Assembly: GCA_016709875.1 (NCBI GenBank)
Contig: JADJLZ010000009.1
Span: 218,824 to 282,823, forward strand
DNA length: 64,000 nucleotides
Source of the DNA: Planctomycetota bacterium
GTDB taxonomy: Bacteria; Planctomycetota; UBA1135; GCA-002686595
Direction of reading: 5' to 3'
The position numbers and the translations under genes are program-made. Below the pieces are notes generated by a model. That model saw only the letters and a program-made list of their open reading frames with translations. It did not search any database and was not told the origin of the DNA. Of this stretch, positions 45,442 to 55,800 are shown piece after piece. The number at the start of each line of letters is the position of its first letter. Positions within the stretch are counted from its first letter, which is position 1.

Positions 45442-48113
45442 TGGACCCGCAACCCGTGCGCATCGAGGAGCTCCTGGCCCACGCCGGCTGGGTGCGCAAG
45501 CTCGCCGCACGCCTCGTGCGCGATGCCGGGACGGCCGACGATGTGGCGCAGGAGGTCTGGGCCTACGCGCTGCGCTCGCCGCCGCGCACGCGCTCGAACC
45601 TGCGCGCCTGGCTTTCCGCCGTGGTGCGCAACTCCGCGCGTTCGCTGCGCCGCGCCGAGGAGCGCAGGAGCCAGCACGAAGCGGCCGCACCCGCGCGCGG
45701 AGTCGAACCCGCCGCCGCCGAGCTCGTCGAGCGGGCGCACCTGCACCGCGATCTCGTCGAACAGGTGCTCGCGCTCGACGAGCCGCACCGCTCGATCGTG
45801 CTCGCGCACTGGTTCGAGGGCCAGAGCCTGGCGGAGATCGCGCGGCGGCAGGGGCTGAGCGCGCGCGTCGTCGCCGCGCGTCTCGACGCCGCGCACGAGC
45901 GGCTGCGGCAGCGCATGGACAAGTCCGCCGGCGGACGCGAGGCGTGGAGCCTCGCCTTCGTGAAGTGGACCGAACCGCATCTCGCGACCGCTGCGGCGGG
46001 CAGCGCCGGAACCGCCGTTACCTTGGGAGGACTCGTCTTGGCCAGCAAGCTCGTGATCGCAGGTGTCGTCGTGGTCGTCGCCGCGGGGCTGGGATGGATG
46101 CTCTGGCCGCGCGAACAGCCCTCCGCGCCCGTGGCGGGTGTTCCGGTGGCGAAGGAGACGCATGCTGAGAGCCTCGGATCCTCGCCCGATGGAGTCGCGC
46201 AACCGAACGTGGGCAGTGCGCGCGAGGCGCTGAAGCCCGAGAGCTCTGCGGGCGCCGCCTCCACGGCCGCTCCCCGCGAGCGCTGGATCGTCCGCGGCCA
46301 CGTCCACGGCGCACCCGGCGGACGCGCGGCGGAAACGACGCTCACAGCGCAATTCGTCGGCCAGTACAACATTCAAGAGCATGCATCCGCGAACGCGGCC
46401 AACGACGGTTCCTTCGAACTCGACGTGACCGAGATCCGCAAGCGATGGCTGCGCGACGCGGCACCATCCGAACTCATTGTCACTGCGGATCACCCCGTGT
46501 GTCTCCTCGCCGAAGCTCGAGCGGCCTACGGGAGCGCCACCATCGATCCAGACCCCAACGCCGATCCGCATGCCGTGTACGAGTGCGACATCAGTCTGAC
46601 CCCGGGGGCTGTCGTCACAGGGCGTGTCGTGACACCGTCGGACTGGAAGGCGCCGCAAGACTCCGGACGCGAACCTCACCGCCCTTGCGCCGGGATCTTC
46701 GATCTCGTCGCTGACTCGGCTCACCCTGAGGGTCTCAGCCACACGAGTTGCGATGAGCAGGGTCGCTGGACTCTCCGCGCAAATCATGGTGGGCCGCTGC
46801 TCGTGATCGCCTGTGCCGAGGGATTGCGGCCCGCATCGATCCAGGTCGAGGCCAGCGTCGGCACGTCCACGGACGCGGGCTCACTCGCACTGGGTCCCGG
46901 CGCAACGGTCTCCGGCTGGGTGGAGCGCGGAGGCAGTCGGGCCGGCCCCGGACTACGGGTCGCGGCGAGACTGAAGCTGGAGCGTTACGAGGGTCGCCGC
47001 GATATTCGGTCGGGGTACGGGGCGGATTTTCTGCTGTATCCGATCGCTGGAGCCTTCGAGCACTCTGTCCTGGGGGCGGAGACTCGAGCGGATGGGAGCT
47101 TCGAAATCCACGGGCTCGCGGCGACCGACTACGAATTGCGTGTCGACTCCGTGCCCGGTCTGCGCATGTACGTGGGCGGTCGTGACCCAGGCGAGCTCAC
47201 GGTGCACGCACCTCAGGCCGGAGTGGTCCTCGCAGGTGTACCCCCGTCGATCACCCTCCGGGCGACAGTCAACGGCCGCCCTCCGACGGACCCGGAACTC
47301 GACGGTGTCGTCATCGACCTCGTGCCGCTGTCGAAGGAGTCCAGCAAGGGCGAAATCGATCTCACGCGAAGCAAGGCTGGCTACGGCGTGCAGCTCCTCC
47401 CCGGCGTCGCCTACGAATTGCGCGTCCGACCTGGCCGGTACGTTCCAACCGTACTGCCCATAGGGGCGCTCGAGTTCGGAGAGCAACGCACGCTCGTCCT
47501 CGACCTGAAGCCACAGGATCAGGTCAGCACGCTCGTGCTGCGCTTCGCTGCGAAGCCCCCCGAACAGCTCGCCAGAGTGCGGATCGCGCTCCTCGATCCA
47601 TCCGCTTCGGACGACGAGGGAGCCGTGTGGCAATCGGTGAACCGCTCGGACCAGGGCACCTTCGTCCTGCGTGATCTCTCGCCAGGGACCTACCGCGCCC
47701 TCGTCCGGACCTACAGCATCTGGGACCGAGTCGAGATGACGTACTACCTGCCCTGCGAGTTCCCGCTCACCCTGGAACCGAAAGCAACCGTCGAGCGCGA
47801 GGTTCCCCTCGAACTCGGAGCGCGATTGCGCATGTCCGCCAAGGATGAGCGCGGCGGGTACGTGCGCGCTGCGGTCGAGTTGCGCGACGCCTCGGGCGCG
47901 AAGCTGGCCACCGATTTCTACTGCGTCACCGCGGGCATGCGCTACGGCTGCGGCTGGTATCTCTGCGAGCAGGGCCCCAACGATCACCCGCCGCTCCCTG
48001 CAGGACACTACGAGTTCACGCTCAAGGCCGAGGGCTTCGCCACCGAGGTCGTGCCCGTCGATCTCGTCGCCGGCGAGTTGAAGACGCTCGACGTCGTCCT
48101 GCACCCGAAGTGA
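45442..48113 (+). CDS. ECF sigma-70 factor fused to a transmembrane helix and a large periplasmic region of carboxypeptidase-regulatory/prealbumin-like beta-sandwich repeats (sigma/anti-sigma-like fusion)
   Basis: One uninterrupted frame. Sigma region 2 (DDVAQEVWAYALRSPPRTRSNLRAWLSAVVRNS), then region 4 (IVLAHWFEGQSLAEIARRQGLSARVVAARLDAAHERLRQRM), then a TM helix (LGGLVLASKLVIAGVVVVVAAGLGWMLW), then about 600 aa of repeated G.V..-type beta-sandwich modules (…VRGHVHGAPGG…DGSFEL…; …VSGWVERGG…DGSFEIHGLAATDYELRV…). Confidence 0.6.
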
Positions 48114-48117
48114 ACCG

Positions 48118-48160
48118 AAAAAGGTCGCGGGCGGACGCCGGAGACCGGCATCCGCCCGCG
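48118..48160 (-). terminator. Rho-independent terminator downstream of tRNA-Glu (possibly bidirectional with the ECF gene)
   Basis: GCGGGCGGAcGCCGG-aga-CCGGCaTCCGCCCGC hairpin, followed on the minus strand by CCUUUUUCGG. Confidence 0.5.
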
Positions 48161-48163
48161 TGG

Positions 48164-48241
48164 ATGGTGACGCCATGGGGATTTGAACCCCAGTCGCCAG
48201 GATGAAAACCTGGTGTCCTAGGCCTGGCTAGACGATGGCGC
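48164..48241 (-). tRNA. tRNA-Glu (anticodon UUC)
   Basis: The reverse complement folds as a cloverleaf: GGCGCCA acceptor, D-arm GTCTAGCCAGGCCTAGGAC, anticodon loop UUUUCAU (UUC), T-arm GGGTTCAAATCCCC, encoded CCA. Confidence 0.75.
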
Positions 48242-48318
48242 CACGTGTTCGATTCGCCTCCGCAGAGCCTCGCGGCGCTTCGGAGAGGGCAGAAAGGTAG
48301 GGTCCGCACCCCCCACTG

Positions 48319-49494
48319 TCAACCGCCCCGGGTCCAGCCCTTTGCCTCCAGGCGGCCGATCACGTGCCGGTATTCCCGCTCCAGCCCCTCCACCAGCGAC
48401 CCGGGCCCGCGCGCGGCGCCGGGGAGGACGTCCCAGGTGTAGGTCTCGATCTCGACGTGCAGCTCGTCGCTCCCCCAGCGGCCGGGCGCCTCGAGCAGCC
48501 CGTCGAGCAGCGCCTCGGCGTGGGCGCGCGTCGTGACCAGGCCCGAGCCGAGCTCCTCGCGGTCGACCGGGACGTGGAAGTGGCAGCGCAGCTCGTCGAA
48601 CTGCGCGGCGTCGTGCTCCTTCAGCGGCCCGAGGTCGTCGAAGCGTCGCAGCCCGTCCGCGCTGCGCGCCGTGACCTGGTGCAGGTAGCGCGGCTCGTCG
48701 AGCGCGAGCAGCGCGCGCCAGCCGGCTGCGTTCTTCCCCGGCGCGAGCAGCGCGAGCGCATTGGTGTACTGGAACTTCGCCAGCGGGCCCGCGCCCAGCG
48801 CCGCGTCGAGCGCCGCGCGCGGGTCCTCGAACTCGACCGCGCTGTGGCAGGCGTCGAGGCACAGCGAGACGCCCGCGCGCCGCGCGATCGCCGCCGCGTC
48901 GGCGGTCGCGTTGGCGTTCGAGCGCGGCTCGGCCTCGATGCCGAGCGCGATCTGGCCGCCCCCGCGCGCGGCGAGCGCGTGCAGGAAATCGCGCGCGTCC
49001 TCGAGTCCTTCGAGGGCGCGCTCGGCGCGGTCGCCGTGCGCCAGTTCCGCGCCCCAGCCGCCTGCGTGCGTGCTGATCGAGAGCCGCCGTCCCGCGCCCG
49101 CGAGCGCGCAGCCGAGCTCCGCGACGAGCAGCGTGTAGGCCAGGCGCTCGTCGCTGCCCCAGGGCGGGTGGTAGACCTTGTGCTTGACGCTCGCGGCGTG
49201 GAATCCGCCGTAGGGAAACGCGTTGTAGGTGAACGGGTCGAGCGCTTCGCGCGCCAGGAGCTGGCGCAGATCCCCCAGCGCGGCTTCCGAGCGCTGCAGC
49301 TCCTCCGCGAGCGCGGCGGAGAAGTACATCCCTACGCCGAAGGACTCGCCCGGAGTCACGAGGCGGTCGCGCAGCGGCAGCGTGATCGTGCGCAGGCCCG
49401 CGTGCAGGTCCTCGAGCGTCTCCGCGGCGTGCACGTTGAGACAGTACGCCAGGCGCACACAGCGCCCAGGATGCTCGGGGTGCGTGAAGCGCAC
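48319..49494 (-). CDS. Sugar-phosphate isomerase/epimerase (xylose-isomerase-like TIM barrel) family protein
   Basis: 391 aa, TIM-barrel-like pattern (...LAYCLNVHAAETLEDL..., ...IALGIEAEPRSN...). Possibly EboE-like. Confidence 0.5.
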   Translation of the reverse strand: MRFTHPEHPGRCVRLAYCLNVHAAETLEDLHAGLRTITLPLRDRLVTPGESFGVGMYFSAALAEELQRSEAALGDLRQLLAREALDPFTYNAFPYGGFHAASVKHKVYHPPWGSDERLAYTLLVAELGCALAGAGRRLSISTHAGGWGAELAHGDRAERALEGLEDARDFLHALAARGGGQIALGIEAEPRSNANATADAAAIARRAGVSLCLDACHSAVEFEDPRAALDAALGAGPLAKFQYTNALALLAPGKNAAGWRALLALDEPRYLHQVTARSADGLRRFDDLGPLKEHDAAQFDELRCHFHVPVDREELGSGLVTTRAHAEALLDGLLEAPGRWGSDELHVEIETYTWDVLPGAARGPGSLVEGLEREYRHVIGRLEAKGWTRGG

Positions 49495-49506
49495 GAGCTT
49501 CCCCGC

Positions 49507-49755
49507 TCAGGCGAGCGCGATGCCCTCGTCGACGAGCAACACCGGGATGTCGTCGCGCACGGGGTAGACGATCTTGCCGTCCTGGCGCACCAGGCCGCCG
49601 GCGAGCGCCTGCTTGACCTCGCCGCCGCCGACGTTCTTGACGGCTCCGGCGGCGATGCGCTGGTTGACGCGCTTCAGCTGCTCCGCGTTCGCCTCGGCGA
49701 GCGGCTGACGAGTTTCGGGGCAGGCGAGGATGGCGAGAAGGTCCTTGTCGATCAC
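49507..49755 (-). CDS. Trm112/YcaR-like small protein (UPF0434)
   Basis: GTG start gives VIDKDLLAILACPETRQPL...IVYPVRDDIPVLLVDEGIAL, the Trm112-like zinc-ribbon-like fold pattern. 13 nt upstream of the TIM-barrel gene. Confidence 0.5.
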   Translation of the reverse strand: MIDKDLLAILACPETRQPLAEANAEQLKRVNQRIAAGAVKNVGGGEVKQALAGGLVRQDGKIVYPVRDDIPVLLVDEGIALA

Positions 49756-49834
49756 GCGTCCATGCTCGCTGATCGGAGGGCGCGGCTCAAGTGCGGCGCT
49801 TGACAGGCCCCCCTGGGCGGGCGAGCTTCTGGCG

Positions 49835-50851
49835 ATGATCCCGGCACTCCTGGCCCTGTGCGCGCTGGCACAGGACGCCCCGCCGCGCGTCCTGCCCGCC
49901 GAGACCGCGGCCGAGCGCACGGCAGCGGCGCTGCACGGCGGCGTCGTCGGGACACCGATCCCCGCGCCCGCCCCGGGCAGCGCGGAGAGCTGGCAGGGCT
50001 GGTTCGCCGATCTCGAGGCGTCGCGCGCGGCGCCGGCGCCCGATCCTGCGCGCGAGGCGCGCCTGGCGCTCTTCGCGCTCGAGCAGCGGCGCTCTGGCGA
50101 GGCCTGGAAGCACTTCTCGCGCTGCGGTGCGCAGCCCGGGGTGTGCGCCGCGCTGCTGCCGCGCTTCCTGCCCGGCGTCGGCGCGGACGCGCCGCTGGAC
50201 AAGGACGGTTTTGCGGGCGCGCTGCCCGATGGCGTGCTGCTGGCACCCGCGCTGCCGCCGGCGACAGGCGACGCGCCGCGCGGCCGCATCCAGCGGCGCG
50301 AGATGAAGCTCAGCGCGCTGCACATCGGCAAGGCGACGGTCTCGCTGCGCGTCGCGGTCGAGTACGACGGGATCACGGTCGAGGTCGGCCACGTCGCGGG
50401 CGAGAGCTGCAAGCTCGCGCTCGTGCTGCCCTGCGAGCCCGGATACCAGCTCGCCAACGAGTACATCGACTGGTACGTGCAGGAGACGCACGGCGCGCCG
50501 CTCGCGCTCGAGTGCAAGCCCGGCGAGGACGTGCACACGCTCTACGGCCGCATCGAGCCGCAGTCGATCCTCGGTCCCGAGCGCGTGCCGGAGACTCTGC
50601 CCGCACTCGCCGCGCGCGAGGGGCTCGTGTTCGAGCTCCTGCCCGGCGATTCCGACGAGACACTGCTGCGCGCGATCGCTGCGAGCTTCCACGCGCCGCC
50701 GCTGGGACTTCAGGCGCGCGTCTGGGTGCTCGGAAGCGCGCCCTTCCCGGGTGGGCTGCGCGTGGATCTATCCCGGCCAGACGAGCGCGCGCGGCGTCTT
50801 TCGGACTTGTGCGCGGCGATCGAGCGTTTCGTGCTCGACGCGGCGCATTGA
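49835..50851 (+). CDS. Hypothetical secreted protein
   Basis: MIPALLALCALAQDAPP signal peptide. No recognisable domain. Confidence 0.4.
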   Translation: MIPALLALCALAQDAPPRVLPAETAAERTAAALHGGVVGTPIPAPAPGSAESWQGWFADLEASRAAPAPDPAREARLALFALEQRRSGEAWKHFSRCGAQPGVCAALLPRFLPGVGADAPLDKDGFAGALPDGVLLAPALPPATGDAPRGRIQRREMKLSALHIGKATVSLRVAVEYDGITVEVGHVAGESCKLALVLPCEPGYQLANEYIDWYVQETHGAPLALECKPGEDVHTLYGRIEPQSILGPERVPETLPALAAREGLVFELLPGDSDETLLRAIAASFHAPPLGLQARVWVLGSAPFPGGLRVDLSRPDERARRLSDLCAAIERFVLDAAH

Positions 50852-50976
50852 ATGCGCCCCCGCGGCCGGCGTAGGCCGCTTCCCTCCTCTGGAGACGGGC
50901 GGCGCGTGACGTGGCGGCGGGCGCACACTACGCTCTGCGGCCAAGCAGCGCCCCCCCGCGCTCCAGGAGACTCGCC

Positions 50977-51522
50977 ATGCACTGGATCGAAACGCTTTGC
51001 CTTGCCTGCGCCGGAATCGGTGGCGCCGTGCTCGTGCTCCTCACGGTGCTCTCGCTCTTTGGCGGAGATCACGGCGAGGTGGACCACGGCGAGAGCGGCG
51101 AGCTCGAGCACGACTCCGCGCTCAACTTGCTCTCGGTGCGCTCGGTCGCGGCCTTCCTGGCCTTCTTCGGCCTGGGCGGCTGGGGCGGGATCCAGGCGGG
51201 CTGGTCGCCCTTCGCCTCGCTGCTCGTCGGCGTCGCGGCGGGCTCGCTGATGCTGGTCGCGGTGGCGCTGCTCTTCCGGCTGCCGCGCAAGCTGCACGCC
51301 GAGGGCAACCTCGATCCGGCGAACGCCGTGGGGCTGGTCGCGCACGTCTACCTGCGCATCCCCGGACAGAACAGCGGCAAGGGCAAGATCACGCTCTCGC
51401 TGCAGGGCCGCTCGGCGGAATTCCACGCCTGCACCAACGGCGGCGAAATCCCCACCGGCGCGGACGTGCGCGTCGCGCGCCTCATCTCTTCCGACACTTT
51501 CGAAGTCGAAGCGCTCTCCTGA
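50977..51522 (+). CDS. NfeD-family (YuaF-like) membrane protein
   Basis: CAGGAGA RBS. N-terminal TM helices. C-terminal OB-fold-like region (…GKGKITLSLQGRSAEFHACTNGGEIPTGADVRVARLISSDTFEVEAL). Immediately upstream of flotillin. Confidence 0.6.
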   Translation: MHWIETLCLACAGIGGAVLVLLTVLSLFGGDHGEVDHGESGELEHDSALNLLSVRSVAAFLAFFGLGGWGGIQAGWSPFASLLVGVAAGSLMLVAVALLFRLPRKLHAEGNLDPANAVGLVAHVYLRIPGQNSGKGKITLSLQGRSAEFHACTNGGEIPTGADVRVARLISSDTFEVEALS

Positions 51523-51529
51523 GACCACC

Positions 51530-53158
51530 ATGCAAAGCTCCCCTCTCGCACTGCTCCAGATCCTCGACGGCGCGAACATCGCGCTCTTCGCGGGCATCGG
51601 CCTGGCCGTCCTGGTCGTCTTCAGCTTCCTGATGGTCTTCGTGCGGCGCTACAAGCGCTGCCCGTCCAACCGCATCCTGGTCGTGTACGGCAAGACCAGC
51701 GCCGGGCGCTCGGCCAAGTGCCTGCACGGCGGCGGCACGTTCGTGATGCCGCTGATCCGCGACTACGCCTACCTCTCGCTGGATCCGATGCAGATCGAGA
51801 TCCCGCTCTCGGGCGCGCTCTCGATCGAGAACATCCGCGTCAGCGTGCCGAGCGTCTTCACGGTCGCGATCGGCACCGACGAGGAGACCATGAACAACGC
51901 GGCGATCCGCCTCCTGAGCCTGGACCTGCGCGCGATCATGAAGCTCGCCGAGGACATCATCCTGGGCCAGCTGCGCCAGGTGATCGCGTCGATGAAGATC
52001 GACGAGATCAACAAGGACCGCGACACCTTCCTCTCGAAGATCCAGTCCTCGCTCGAGCCCGAGCTCAAGAAAATCGGCCTGGTGCTGCTGAACGTCAACA
52101 TCAAGGACATCAGCGACGAGTCGGGCTACATCGAGGCGATCGGCAAGAAGGCCGCCTCCGAGGCGATCCAGCAGGCCACGATCGACGTCGCGCACCAGGA
52201 GAAGCTCGGTGCGATCGGTGTCGCCGCGGCCAGCAAGGACCGCCAGATCGAGGTCGCGAACAACGAGAAGCTGCGCGACATCGGCACCAAGGAAGCCGAG
52301 CGCGAACGCGCGGTGCGCGTGGCCGAGCTCGAGAAGGAGCGCACGATCGGCGAGCAGAAGGCAGGCTTCGAGCGCGAGGCTTCGGTGCGCGAGGCCGAGC
52401 GCGTGATGCGCATCGCGGTCGCCGAGGCCAACGCCAAGGCCGTCGCAGGCGAGAACAAGTCCAAGGCCGAGATCGCCGGCACCAACGCCGAGCTGCGCGT
52501 GCGCGAAGCCGACGCCTACCAGTTGGGCGAGACGCGCCAGCGCGAGAGCCAGGCCAAGGTGCTCGAGGCGCAGTACATCGCCCAGGCCAAGGCCGCCGAG
52601 GCGCAGGGCAAGAAGATCGAAGCCGAGAAGCGCGCCGAGCTCGAGTCGCTCGCGCGCGCCGTCAAGGCGCAGACGATCGTCGATGCCGAGGCGCTCGCGG
52701 AGAAGCGCCGCATCGAGGCCGAGGGCGAGGCCTCCGCGATCTACGCGCGTCTGGCGGCGCAGGCCAAGGGCGAATTCGAGATCCTGGCCAAGAAGGGCGA
52801 CGGCCTGAAGCGCATCATCGAGGCCTGCGGCGGTGCGCAGCCGGCCTTCCAGATGATGATGCTCGAGCACATCGACGCGCTCTCCAAGACCGCCGCGCAG
52901 GCGATCAGCAACGTCAAGTTCGACAAGGTCGTCGTCTGGGACGGCGGCAGCACCAAGGACGGCACCAACGCGACGGGCAACTTCCTGCGCGGCATGGCGA
53001 GTTCACTCCCGCCGGTGATGCACATGATGAAGGACATCGGCGGGGTCGAGATGCCGGCCTACTTCGGCAAGCTCGTGATGGAGGCCGAAAAGGCCGCCGC
53101 GCCCGGCACGGACACGCCTGCGCCGCCGGCCGCGGAGGCGCCGGGCGGCAAGTCCTGA
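51530..53158 (+). CDS. Flotillin (SPFH/band-7 domain) protein, FloT/YuaG-like
   Basis: N-terminal TM, SPFH domain, then a long A/E/K-rich coiled-coil flotillin repeat region. Confidence 0.8.
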   Translation: MQSSPLALLQILDGANIALFAGIGLAVLVVFSFLMVFVRRYKRCPSNRILVVYGKTSAGRSAKCLHGGGTFVMPLIRDYAYLSLDPMQIEIPLSGALSIENIRVSVPSVFTVAIGTDEETMNNAAIRLLSLDLRAIMKLAEDIILGQLRQVIASMKIDEINKDRDTFLSKIQSSLEPELKKIGLVLLNVNIKDISDESGYIEAIGKKAASEAIQQATIDVAHQEKLGAIGVAAASKDRQIEVANNEKLRDIGTKEAERERAVRVAELEKERTIGEQKAGFEREASVREAERVMRIAVAEANAKAVAGENKSKAEIAGTNAELRVREADAYQLGETRQRESQAKVLEAQYIAQAKAAEAQGKKIEAEKRAELESLARAVKAQTIVDAEALAEKRRIEAEGEASAIYARLAAQAKGEFEILAKKGDGLKRIIEACGGAQPAFQMMMLEHIDALSKTAAQAISNVKFDKVVVWDGGSTKDGTNATGNFLRGMASSLPPVMHMMKDIGGVEMPAYFGKLVMEAEKAAAPGTDTPAPPAAEAPGGKS

Positions 53159-53207
53159 GCAAGGCCCTTCCGGTTCCCGCAGGGCGAGCGCTAGGCTCAG
53201 GTCCCGC

Positions 53208-54551
53208 ATGTCCGACCCCGCCTTCCACGAGCAGAACCGCGAGCGACTCGTGCGCCTGCTCCGCGACCGGCGCGCTGCCGGCTTGTTCTTCACGTCCGCG
53301 CACAAGGTGCGCAACCACGACTGCGAGTACCGCTTCCGCCCCGAGAGCGATTTCTGGTGGCTGACGGGCTTCGCGGAGCCCGAGAGCGCGCTGCTGCTGC
53401 TCCCCACGCTCGAGGGCCAGGCTCGCCCCAGGCAGATCCTCTACCTGCGCGATCGAGACCGCGAACGTGAGATCTGGACCGGCCGGCGCCTGGGCGTCAC
53501 CGCCGCGCCCTCCGCGCTGCGCGTGGACGAGGCGCGCCCCATCGAGCGTCTGTGGGACGATCTGCCGACGCTGCTCAAGAACCAGGAACGCATCGTGACG
53601 CGCACGGGCCTGGAGCCCGAGCGCGACCGCCAGCTGCTCGAGACGCTCACCAAGCTGCGCTGGGCCGCGCGCGGGATGGTCGTGCCGCCGCTCGAACTGC
53701 TCGACGTCGCGCCCTTCACGCACGAGCTGCGCCTGTTCAAGACCGAGCGCGAGCTCGAGCACATGCGCCGCGCCGCGGGCATCTCGCGCGCCGCGCACAG
53801 CGCGGCGATGCGCGCCTCGAAGCCGGGCCTGAACGAGTGCGAGCTCGACGCGCTGCTCGAGCACGAGTTCCGCCGCCGCGGTTCGACCGGCGCCGCCTAC
53901 ACGAACATCGTCGCAGGCGGCGCGAACGCCTGCATCCTGCACTACGTCGAGAACGACCAGCCGCTACGCGACGGCGAGCTGGTGCTGATCGACGCGGGCG
54001 CGGAGTGGGAGTACTACGCCAGCGACGTGACGCGCACCTTCCCCGTCAACGGACGCTTCTCGGCCGAGCAGAAGGCGCTCTACGAGGTGGTGCTCCAGGC
54101 GCAGCTCACGGCGATCGCGCACGTGCGGCCGGGCGTGAGCTTCGTCTCCGTCCACGAGGTCGCGCTGCGCGCGCTGGTCGAGGGCTTCGTGCGCCTGGGC
54201 CTGCTCGTGGGGAAGGCCGAGGAGCTGCTCGCGAACGAGGGCTACCGGCGCTTCTACATGCACCGCACCAGCCACTGGCTGGGCCTGGATGTGCACGACT
54301 GCGGCGCGTACGTCCGCGACGGCGCCTCGCGCCTGCTCGAGCCGGGCATGGTGCTGACCGTCGAGCCGGGCTGCTACGTCGCGCCCGACGACGAGAGCGT
54401 GCCCTCGCGCTGGCGCGGCATCGGCATCCGCATCGAGGACGACGTGCTGGTGACACCTGCAGGCCACGAGGTGCTCACCGCGGGCATCCCCAAGACGGTC
54501 GAGGAGGTCGAGGCGGCCTGCGCCGGTCGGACCCTGGCGGGAGCGACGTGA
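53208..54551 (+). CDS. pepP: Xaa-Pro aminopeptidase (M24B)
   Basis: N-terminal AMP_N domain. M24 metal-ligand motifs (…LIDAGAEWEYYASDVTRTFPVNG…, HRTSHWLGLDVHD, …IEDDVLVT). Confidence 0.85.
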   Translation: MSDPAFHEQNRERLVRLLRDRRAAGLFFTSAHKVRNHDCEYRFRPESDFWWLTGFAEPESALLLLPTLEGQARPRQILYLRDRDREREIWTGRRLGVTAAPSALRVDEARPIERLWDDLPTLLKNQERIVTRTGLEPERDRQLLETLTKLRWAARGMVVPPLELLDVAPFTHELRLFKTERELEHMRRAAGISRAAHSAAMRASKPGLNECELDALLEHEFRRRGSTGAAYTNIVAGGANACILHYVENDQPLRDGELVLIDAGAEWEYYASDVTRTFPVNGRFSAEQKALYEVVLQAQLTAIAHVRPGVSFVSVHEVALRALVEGFVRLGLLVGKAEELLANEGYRRFYMHRTSHWLGLDVHDCGAYVRDGASRLLEPGMVLTVEPGCYVAPDDESVPSRWRGIGIRIEDDVLVTPAGHEVLTAGIPKTVEEVEAACAGRTLAGAT

Positions 54552-54564
54552 GGCACGCGCGCGC

Positions 54565-55509
54565 ATGAGCACGGGAAATAGCCCCGGCTCCTCCGCGCAG
54601 ACGCCGCGCGTGTCGCGCTGGCTGGGAGTGGAAGGCGAGGAGCTGACGCTGTCGCGCGCGCGCGCGGCGCTGGCGCTGTGTGCGCGCATGGCGGGCCATC
54701 CGAGCTGGCTGTGGATCGCGGGGATCTTCTACCCGGCGCTGGACCTCGTGCCCGGAGGGGTCTGGAACATGAACCTGAACCTCGCGCGCCACGGCGAGGA
54801 TCCCAACGCGATCGCGGCGCAGCTCGCCCTTGCGGTCGGCATGATCGCGCTGGTGTTCCCCGTGCGACTGATCGTCGGCCTGGCGGCGATCAGCACGCCG
54901 CACGCGGGCAACCTGCTCGAGCGCGAGGCGCGCCGTCCGCGCCTGCGCGACGCGTGGCGCGCCGCGCGCGGCATCACGCTCTCGGGCTGCGCGCTGACAC
55001 TCGAGCTGTGGCTGATGGGCTGCATCGGCATCACGCTGCTCGTCGCGCCGCCCTTCTTCTTCCTGAAGGGCCTGGAGCTCGACCCTGAGAGCGGCATGTT
55101 CGCCGCGCTGCTCGCGCCCTTCGTGGGCGTGTTCCTGGTCTTCCTCGCGCTGGTCTCGGTGATCTACCAGCTCGCGCTCTCGAGCCTGGCGCACAACCGC
55201 CGCGGCTCGAGCTCGGCCCTGACGCACGGCTGGCGCATCGCGCGCCATCGGCCCTGGGCCACGCTGCGCGCGGCGCTGGTGGATCTGGTGTTGTGGGCCA
55301 TGCAGCGCGTGCTGATGATCGCTTCCGGCTTCGCGCTGCTCGCGACCTGTGTCGGGGCCCCGTTCATCCCGGTGGCGCTGCTGGGCGTGCTCGGCTTCGT
55401 CGGTGTGACGCGCGCCTCGTATTGGGCGCGCATGTACCGCGAACTGGGCGGGCTCTCGCCCGAGGATGGCGTGCCCGGGCTAGGCGCAGGCCAGCCAGAA
55501 GCGGCCTGA
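54565..55509 (+). CDS. Hypothetical polytopic membrane protein
   Basis: 314 aa, several hydrophobic segments. No recognisable family. Confidence 0.4.
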   Translation: MSTGNSPGSSAQTPRVSRWLGVEGEELTLSRARAALALCARMAGHPSWLWIAGIFYPALDLVPGGVWNMNLNLARHGEDPNAIAAQLALAVGMIALVFPVRLIVGLAAISTPHAGNLLEREARRPRLRDAWRAARGITLSGCALTLELWLMGCIGITLLVAPPFFFLKGLELDPESGMFAALLAPFVGVFLVFLALVSVIYQLALSSLAHNRRGSSSALTHGWRIARHRPWATLRAALVDLVLWAMQRVLMIASGFALLATCVGAPFIPVALLGVLGFVGVTRASYWARMYRELGGLSPEDGVPGLGAGQPEAA

Positions 55510-55517
55510 AGCGGAAG

Positions 55518-55593
55518 TGGTGACCGCGGAAGGGCTCGAACCTTCGACCTGATGATTAAGAGTCACCTGCTCTACCAACTGAGCTACGCGGCC
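55518..55593 (-). tRNA. tRNA-Lys (anticodon CUU)
   Basis: The reverse complement GGCCGCGTAGCTCAGTTGGTAGAGCAGGTGACTCTTAATCATCAGGTCGAAGGTTCGAGCCCTTCCGCGGTCACCA folds as a cloverleaf with anticodon loop CUCUUAA. Confidence 0.85.
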
Positions 55594-55663
55594 TCGTTCC
55601 GAAAGATGGGCGGAGAGGATAGCAACTGCTCCGCTCCAGGCAAGCATCCACCTCGCGGAGAGG

Positions 55664-55739
<76 letters not shown>

Positions 55740-55800
55740 GAGTTTCCGGGGCGGAGAGGATAGCGAAAGCGGTGCGCGGGTCGAGTCCCCGCCCCTGGCC

